Assembly (NCBI GenBank): GCA_963717145.1
Contig: OY970325.1
Coordinates: forward strand, 2,503,949-2,567,948
Length of the DNA stretch: 64,000 bases
Reading direction: 5' to 3'
From: an uncultured Armatimonadetes bacterium
GTDB taxonomy: Bacteria > Armatimonadota > UBA5829 > DTJY01
In this document: in pieces, positions 58,990-64,000 of the stretch
Layout: every line of letters begins with the position of its first letter
Position numbering within the stretch: the stretch's first letter is position 1
Made by a program: the position numbers and the translations under genes
The notes under the pieces: generated by a model
What the model was told of the DNA's origin: nothing
The model's database searches: none
The model's input: the letters and a program-made list of their open reading frames with translations, nothing else

Positions 58990-59158
58990 GATCAAGGAAG
59001 AAGTTATCGATATGATTCGCCGCATGCCTGAGGATGCGAGCGTGGAGGACATCATGGCCGAGCTTTGCTTCCGGCAGAAAGTAGACACCGGCCTGCAGCA
59101 AGTTGAGGACGGCAAGACCTTGACCCACGAGCAAGTCAAGGCGAGACTCGGCTGGTAG
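58982..59158 (+). CDS. Small hypothetical protein (58 aa), not in ORF track
   Basis: Manual translation: MSKIKEEVIDMIRRMPEDASVEDIMAELCFRQKVDTGLQQVEDGKTLTHEQVKARLGW; ATG overlaps the GNAT stop (ATGTCTAA). Confidence 0.35.
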   Translation: MSKIKEEVIDMIRRMPEDASVEDIMAELCFRQKVDTGLQQVEDGKTLTHEQVKARLGW

Positions 59159-59164
59159 TTCATC

Positions 59165-60019
59165 TTGAAGTCACCACGAATCCTCAGCACGCGAATCTCT
59201 TTCGGACGAATCCTCATTCTCCTCAGCATACCGGCCCTGATCGCCGGAATCTGCGTCCTCGACGCACTGTTCATCGAACCGAACTTTCCGCGAGTGATCA
59301 CTCAGGAGATCGTGATCAAGGACCTCCCCAACCCACTCGATGGGCTCAAGATCGTGCACCTCACCGACCTTCATATTGTAACTGTCGGCAAGCGCGAGGA
59401 CAGAGCGCTCGCGAAGATCAACCTCATCAAGCCGGACGTCATTTGCATGACCGGTGACTACGTCGAGGACGATGGGATCACGCCGGGCTACCCAACGAAG
59501 GCGGATTGCACTCGCAGCTTCCGGTACTTTTCGTATCGCCTCAGGGCGAAGCACGGAGTATACGCCGTTTCCGGCAACTGGGATCCGCCCACGTTGGAGA
59601 CGGATATCGCTGGAACCGGGGTGACGATGCTGGATGACAAGGCGGTTACTCTGAGGATCGGAGGTGCGGACCTGACGATCTCGGGCAGCAGACCGGTGGA
59701 ACAGGGCCAGGTGAAGGCGCACCCGCTCATCGTGCTCGACCACTTCCCCGAGGTGGTCGACAACCTGGTGAGAACCGGAAGGCAGGTGGACCTGATGCTC
59801 GCCGGTCACTGGCATGGCGGCCAGGTGAACATCCCGGGCCAGACCCCGCAGGTGAAGTACCTCGCCGGATACTACAAGGTCGGCGACGCCCAACTCTACG
59901 TCGGTCGAGGGCTCGGGCATGCACACACATGCCGTTCGCTTCCGCTGTCCGTCCGAGATCACCCTGATCGTCCTCAGGCGCGGCTAGAACTCCTTGCCCC
60001 TCGCCGCCGTATCTGCTAG
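59165..60019 (+). CDS. Calcineurin-like metallophosphoesterase (YkuE-like), with probable C-terminal frameshift near the CA-repeat at 59922-59929
   Basis: Track ORF; ...VHLTDLHIV..., ...GNWD..., ...AGHWHGGQV...; the last ~30 codons look non-native, while an alternative frame gives ...AVRFRCPSEITLIVLRRG* ending at 59987. Confidence 0.65.
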   Translation: MKSPRILSTRISFGRILILLSIPALIAGICVLDALFIEPNFPRVITQEIVIKDLPNPLDGLKIVHLTDLHIVTVGKREDRALAKINLIKPDVICMTGDYVEDDGITPGYPTKADCTRSFRYFSYRLRAKHGVYAVSGNWDPPTLETDIAGTGVTMLDDKAVTLRIGGADLTISGSRPVEQGQVKAHPLIVLDHFPEVVDNLVRTGRQVDLMLAGHWHGGQVNIPGQTPQVKYLAGYYKVGDAQLYVGRGLGHAHTCRSLPLSVRDHPDRPQARLELLAPRRRIC

Positions 60020-60071
60020 AATCACTTGGCCGAGGCTCGCATAGCGAATCAGTGGCCGGAGGAGGCAATCC

Positions 60072-61664
60072 TTGAGTATTCCGGGATGGACGAACGTCCC
60101 TGTCGAGTTCGATCTCACCGCCGGAGCGACCGACCCCGACATAGAGGTCGATGTCGTCTTCAGCGGTCCGGCGGGGGAGTTCAGAGTGCCCGCGTTCCGG
60201 GCGGGAGGGAACGCGTTCCGAGTGCGTTTCGCCGCTCCTGAACGCGGCCGATACGCCTACCACACGATCTGTTCCGGCGACGACGACCTCAATGACCGGA
60301 CGGGCGATCTGCACATCGAGCCGTATGACGGCGACAATCCACTCTACCAACACGGACGCCTGAGAGTCGCACAGAATCACCGCACGCTGGAGCACTCCGA
60401 CGGCACTCCGTTCTTCTGGCTCGGCGACACCTGGTGGATGGGCCTCACGAAGCGGCTCGACTGGCCGAACGGTTTCGCATCCCTCGCCGCCGACCGGGTT
60501 GCCAAGGGGTTCAACCTGATACAGATCGTCGCCGGTCCGCTGCCCGACTTCGACGCCGAGTCCGCGACCTGGGATCCCCAGCAGGCGAACGAGGCGGGTT
60601 GGCCGTGGGAGCGCGACTGGGCGCGGATCAACCCCGAGTTCTACGATCTCGCCGATCAGCGGATCGCGCATCTCGTGGAGCAAGGGCTCGTCCCGTGCAT
60701 CGTCGGCATGTGGGGCTTCTACCTGCCGTTCATGGGCATCGACAAGGTCAAGCAGCACTGGCGCAACCTCGTCGCCCGATACGGTGCGTACCCGGTCGTA
60801 TGGTGCATCGCCGGCGAGGTGAAGATGCCGACCTACAGCCACCACGGCATCCCCGGCGCATGGCAGACCGAGGGCGCTGAGTTGGAGGCAGGCTGGACCG
60901 AAGTCGGGCACTACCTGAGGGAGATCGATCCCTACCACCATCCCGTGACTGTGCATCCCACGGGGGGCGCGAGCGGCCGTAACATGCTCCCCGAATCACT
61001 GATCGACGTCGACATGCTCCAGACCGGACACGGCGGCCACAATGTGCTTCCTCGGACGGTCGATATCACAGACACCGCCAATGCCAACACGCCGCGCATG
61101 CCGGTGGTCAACAGTGAGCCGTGCTACGAGGGCATCATGGGGACCGCCTGGCAGGAGATGCAGCGGTTCGTCTTCTGGACGAGCGTCATGTCCGGCTCAG
61201 CGGGCCACACATACGGCGCGCAAGGCATCTGGGCGATGAGTTCGCGCGACGAGCCGTTCCTCGGCTCCACCATGAACTGGGGCGACGGCTTTTGGCAGGA
61301 TGTAATGCATTATCAGGGCTCGGCGCAGGTAGGATTAGGCCGACGCTTCCTCGAACGATACCCCTGGTGGCTTTTCGAGCCGGTCACCGTGGAAGGTCTC
61401 TCCCGCAGTTCGTTCGGGATGGGCATCCCTGGCAAGGTGGCAGTGTTCTACCTCGCGGGGCAGTGGGCGGATCCGAAGTTCGCCGGGGTGCAGGGCCAGC
61501 GGATCGATATCGAGCCGAACGCGCGGTATCGGGCGTACTTCTTCGACCCGAGGACGGGCAAGGATGTCGCCATTGGACCGGTTGAGCCCGATCCGGACGG
61601 CCTGTGGCCGGTCCCGCGCAAGCCGTCGATGGACGACTGGGTACTCGTTCTCGAGAGGACGTAA
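60072..61664 (+). CDS. DUF4038 (GH140-like) glycoside-hydrolase-family protein with N-terminal beta-sandwich
   Basis: Track ORF, 530 aa (TTG start); ...DGTPFFWLGDTWW... characteristic of DUF4038 as remembered. Confidence 0.55.
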   Translation: MSIPGWTNVPVEFDLTAGATDPDIEVDVVFSGPAGEFRVPAFRAGGNAFRVRFAAPERGRYAYHTICSGDDDLNDRTGDLHIEPYDGDNPLYQHGRLRVAQNHRTLEHSDGTPFFWLGDTWWMGLTKRLDWPNGFASLAADRVAKGFNLIQIVAGPLPDFDAESATWDPQQANEAGWPWERDWARINPEFYDLADQRIAHLVEQGLVPCIVGMWGFYLPFMGIDKVKQHWRNLVARYGAYPVVWCIAGEVKMPTYSHHGIPGAWQTEGAELEAGWTEVGHYLREIDPYHHPVTVHPTGGASGRNMLPESLIDVDMLQTGHGGHNVLPRTVDITDTANANTPRMPVVNSEPCYEGIMGTAWQEMQRFVFWTSVMSGSAGHTYGAQGIWAMSSRDEPFLGSTMNWGDGFWQDVMHYQGSAQVGLGRRFLERYPWWLFEPVTVEGLSRSSFGMGIPGKVAVFYLAGQWADPKFAGVQGQRIDIEPNARYRAYFFDPRTGKDVAIGPVEPDPDGLWPVPRKPSMDDWVLVLERT

Positions 61665-61667
61665 CAT

Positions 61668-61769
61668 GTAGTGGCCGCGCCTCTGTGCCGGCTTCACCAC
61701 CTCGCTGGCCGGCACAGAGGCGCGGCCACTCCAACACAGAGCTGGCCGGCACAAAGGCACGGCCACTAC
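61668..61769. repeat. REP-like hairpin, family A, with duplicated right arm
   Basis: gtagtggccgcgcctctgtgccggc + loop + ggccggcacagaggcgcggccact, then a 13-nt spacer and a second right arm ggccggcacaaaggcacggccactac. Confidence 0.6.
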
Positions 61770-61792
61770 AATAACGGAAAGGAACATCAGCT

Positions 61793-63115
61793 TTGGCCAA
61801 GAAGATCGCATTCATCGGAGCAGGGAGTTTCGGATTCACCAGAGGGCTCGTCAGGGACATCCTGACGTTCCCCGAACTCGCCGACTGCACTCTCGCGCTC
61901 ATGGACATCGACAAGGAGCGCCTCGACTTCATCACCGCCGCCGTCAAGAAGATCATCAAGGCGGGGAAGTATCCGGCGAAGGTCATCTCGACCCTCGATC
62001 GCAAGAAAGCCCTGGAAGGCGCTGACGGAGTCGTCTGCACGATCCTCCAGGGCGGCGTCGATGTCTTCGCAAGCGACATCGAGATCCCGATGAAGTACGG
62101 CGTGGACACGAACATCGGCGACACCAGGAGCGTCTCCGGCATCTTCCGCGCGCTTCGGACGATCCCTGTGATGCTCGACATCGCGAAAGACATCGCCAGG
62201 TATGCGCCCAACGCCATCTTCCTGAACTACACGAACCCGATGGCGATGCTCTGCCGCGCCATGCAGGGCGAGTACCCGCAGCTAACGATCTCCGGCCTCT
62301 GCCACAGCGTTCAGGGCACGGCGATGATGCTCGCGAACTGGATCGGCGCTCCGTATTCGGAGGTCACCTATCACTGCGCGGGGATCAACCATCAGGCGTG
62401 GTACGTCGACTTCAAGTGGAACGGCGAGGATGCGTACCCGAAGATCCGCGAGGCGGTCACAACCCGCCCGGAGGTCTACAACGAGGAACTCGTGCGCAAC
62501 GAGATGTTCCTGCACCTGGGCTACTACGTGACCGAGTCGAGCGGCCACAACTCCGAGTACTGTTCCTGGTTCCGCAAGCGCCCGGACCTCATCGAGAAGT
62601 ACTGCACCCACGGCACCGGCTGGAATCCCGGCGTGCACAGATACATCCTCGACGCATACCTGAACATCGCGAGCACCTGGCGCGACAACATCAAGGCCGA
62701 GCTTGAGAAGCCGGTCAACCTGAATCGAGGCCACGAGTACGCGGCCAGCATCTTCAACGCCACATTCGGCGACGGCGCGCTCTTCGAGTTCAACGGCAAC
62801 GTCCGCAACACCGGGCTGATCGACAACCTGCCTCAGGGATGCTGCGTGGAGGTGCCGGTCCTGGCGTCGAAGCGCGGGCTCGATCCGATGCACGTCGGCA
62901 TGCTGCCTCCGCAGTGCGCGATCATGACGGGCCTCAGCGCCGAGATCGAGGAACTGGCGGTCGATGGCATCATCACCGGCGACAGGGACAAGATCCGGCA
63001 CGCGGTCTACTTCGATCCGCTCACTTCGGCGGTCTGCAGCCTCGATGAGATCAAGTCGATGGTCGAGGAGATGTTCGAGGCGAACAAGGAGTACTGGCGA
63101 CCGTGGAGTGGATAG
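61793..63115 (+). CDS. Glycoside hydrolase family 4 (alpha-glucosidase/alpha-galactosidase)
   Basis: Track ORF, 440 aa (TTG start); [15 protein letters not shown]... NAD-binding N-terminus and ...SGLCHSVQG... typical of GH4. Confidence 0.8.
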   Translation: MAKKIAFIGAGSFGFTRGLVRDILTFPELADCTLALMDIDKERLDFITAAVKKIIKAGKYPAKVISTLDRKKALEGADGVVCTILQGGVDVFASDIEIPMKYGVDTNIGDTRSVSGIFRALRTIPVMLDIAKDIARYAPNAIFLNYTNPMAMLCRAMQGEYPQLTISGLCHSVQGTAMMLANWIGAPYSEVTYHCAGINHQAWYVDFKWNGEDAYPKIREAVTTRPEVYNEELVRNEMFLHLGYYVTESSGHNSEYCSWFRKRPDLIEKYCTHGTGWNPGVHRYILDAYLNIASTWRDNIKAELEKPVNLNRGHEYAASIFNATFGDGALFEFNGNVRNTGLIDNLPQGCCVEVPVLASKRGLDPMHVGMLPPQCAIMTGLSAEIEELAVDGIITGDRDKIRHAVYFDPLTSAVCSLDEIKSMVEEMFEANKEYWRPWSG

Positions 63116-63172
63116 GTGTTGGGTGCTAGGGAACCCCAACATCCACAAGCTTTGTAGGGCACGGGAGTGGAT

Positions 63173-63823
63173 ATGGCATCCGAGTACAGCTCCAGGGAAG
63201 TCCCGCCGCTGACTGAGGAGCAGATCGAGGAGTTGACCAGGATCGTCTTCCTGGATCCTGTCGAACCAGTTCGGTGCGACCTGATTCTTGTGTTCGGTGG
63301 GACGCACCCGGGCGCATGGGAGACCGCCGCGGACGCGTGGCACCAAGGCATGGGCAAGAGGGTGCTGGTCACAGGGGGCGTCGCTCGGAATCTGAAGATC
63401 CCGCACTCAACCTGGACACCGACCGAGATGCCGGGATGCTGTATCATAGCAGATCATCTGAAGCGTCTGGGAATGCCCGAGGACAGGATTGTCTGCGATG
63501 AGAGGCCGACCAACTCGCTCGAGGAGGTTCTCTGCGCGAAGGAGATAGTGAACTCTAACGGGATATCGAGCGTGCTGTTCGTAAGCAAGTGCTTTGCCGC
63601 AGGGCGGCAGTACCGCACGCTAAGGAAGCACTTCCCTGAACATGTCGAGCTTGTTCCATACCCTTTCGACACGAACCTCGGCGAGGGGCCGGTTGTGACT
63701 CGGGACAACTGGATGGATCGACCCGAGAGCCGCTCAGTCGTCTACTCGGAGTATCTACGCATCCTTAGGTACGGGGCGCAGGGTGACCTCATATCACTCG
63801 ACAAACCGATAGAAGGTTTGTAG
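63173..63823 (+). CDS. DUF218 (YdcF/ElyC-like) domain protein
   Basis: Track ORF 63167..63823; ...CDLILVFGGTHPG... and ...VLFVSKCFAAGR... fit the DUF218 pattern as remembered. Confidence 0.55.
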   Translation: MASEYSSREVPPLTEEQIEELTRIVFLDPVEPVRCDLILVFGGTHPGAWETAADAWHQGMGKRVLVTGGVARNLKIPHSTWTPTEMPGCCIIADHLKRLGMPEDRIVCDERPTNSLEEVLCAKEIVNSNGISSVLFVSKCFAAGRQYRTLRKHFPEHVELVPYPFDTNLGEGPVVTRDNWMDRPESRSVVYSEYLRILRYGAQGDLISLDKPIEGL

Positions 63824-63860
63824 TTTTCCTTGGCGCTCTTGGCGTCTTGGCGGTTCCACA

Positions 63861-64000
63861 ATGCATGGCGAGGTTGACCGGTTCATCGACTACATGCAGG
63901 CCGTGCGGAACGTGTCCCCGAACACGATCAAGGGATACGCGACCGACATCGCCAAGTTCATCGGCTTCCTGGAAGACGAGAGCCTGAGCACGTCGCCGAG
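63861..64000 (+). CDS. Tyrosine recombinase XerC/XerD-like, N-terminal fragment (runs off window end)
   Basis: Manual translation: MHGEVDRFIDYMQAVRNVSPNTIKGYATDIAKFIGFLEDESLSTSP, typical of the integrase SAM-like N-terminal domain. Confidence 0.55.
   Translation, partial: MHGEVDRFIDYMQAVRNVSPNTIKGYATDIAKFIGFLEDESLSTSP

Overview
GC-rich (roughly 60-65% by eye, strong GC3 bias) bacterial chromosomal window, densely coding. No database searches were run: all calls rest on the supplied ORF track, manual translation and remembered family signatures. Housekeeping content: a pilB-pilT pilus ATPase pair, aroE, mltG, ruvX, alaS, argS, trpS, rpmB, hisD-hisB-hisH, and the conserved rpsB-tsf-pyrH-frr-uppS-(x)-dxr-rseP-ispG cluster, plus carbohydrate-use genes (sugar ABC transporter, GH4, DUF4038/GH140-like, PfkB kinase) and two ECF sigma/anti-sigma pairs. 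Accessory content: (1) a lower-GC two-gene locus (32460-35970) encoding a 988-aa P-loop NTPase / TIR-like / Mrr-like multidomain protein and a 179-aa Mrr-like nuclease, which is my best candidate for an undescribed defence system; (2) a lower-GC module (22075-22829) of a HicB-like antitoxin, a standalone colicin E3-like rRNase-domain protein and a small unknown protein; (3) three near-identical copies of a single-ORF IS66-family element, two in head-to-tail tandem and one inverted 4 kb away with its own 8-bp target duplication, bracketing hisDBH and a PEP-CTERM gene; (4) at least five families of hairpin-forming intergenic repeats, two carrying a 5' GTAG like REP elements, with copies lying in-frame inside a DinG-like helicase gene and possibly dxr. 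Three genes (pilB, an O-methyltransferase, a metallophosphoesterase) are broken by single-base frameshifts at homopolymer or CA-repeat tracts, which may be assembly errors. No rRNA, tRNA or CRISPR array was recognised.
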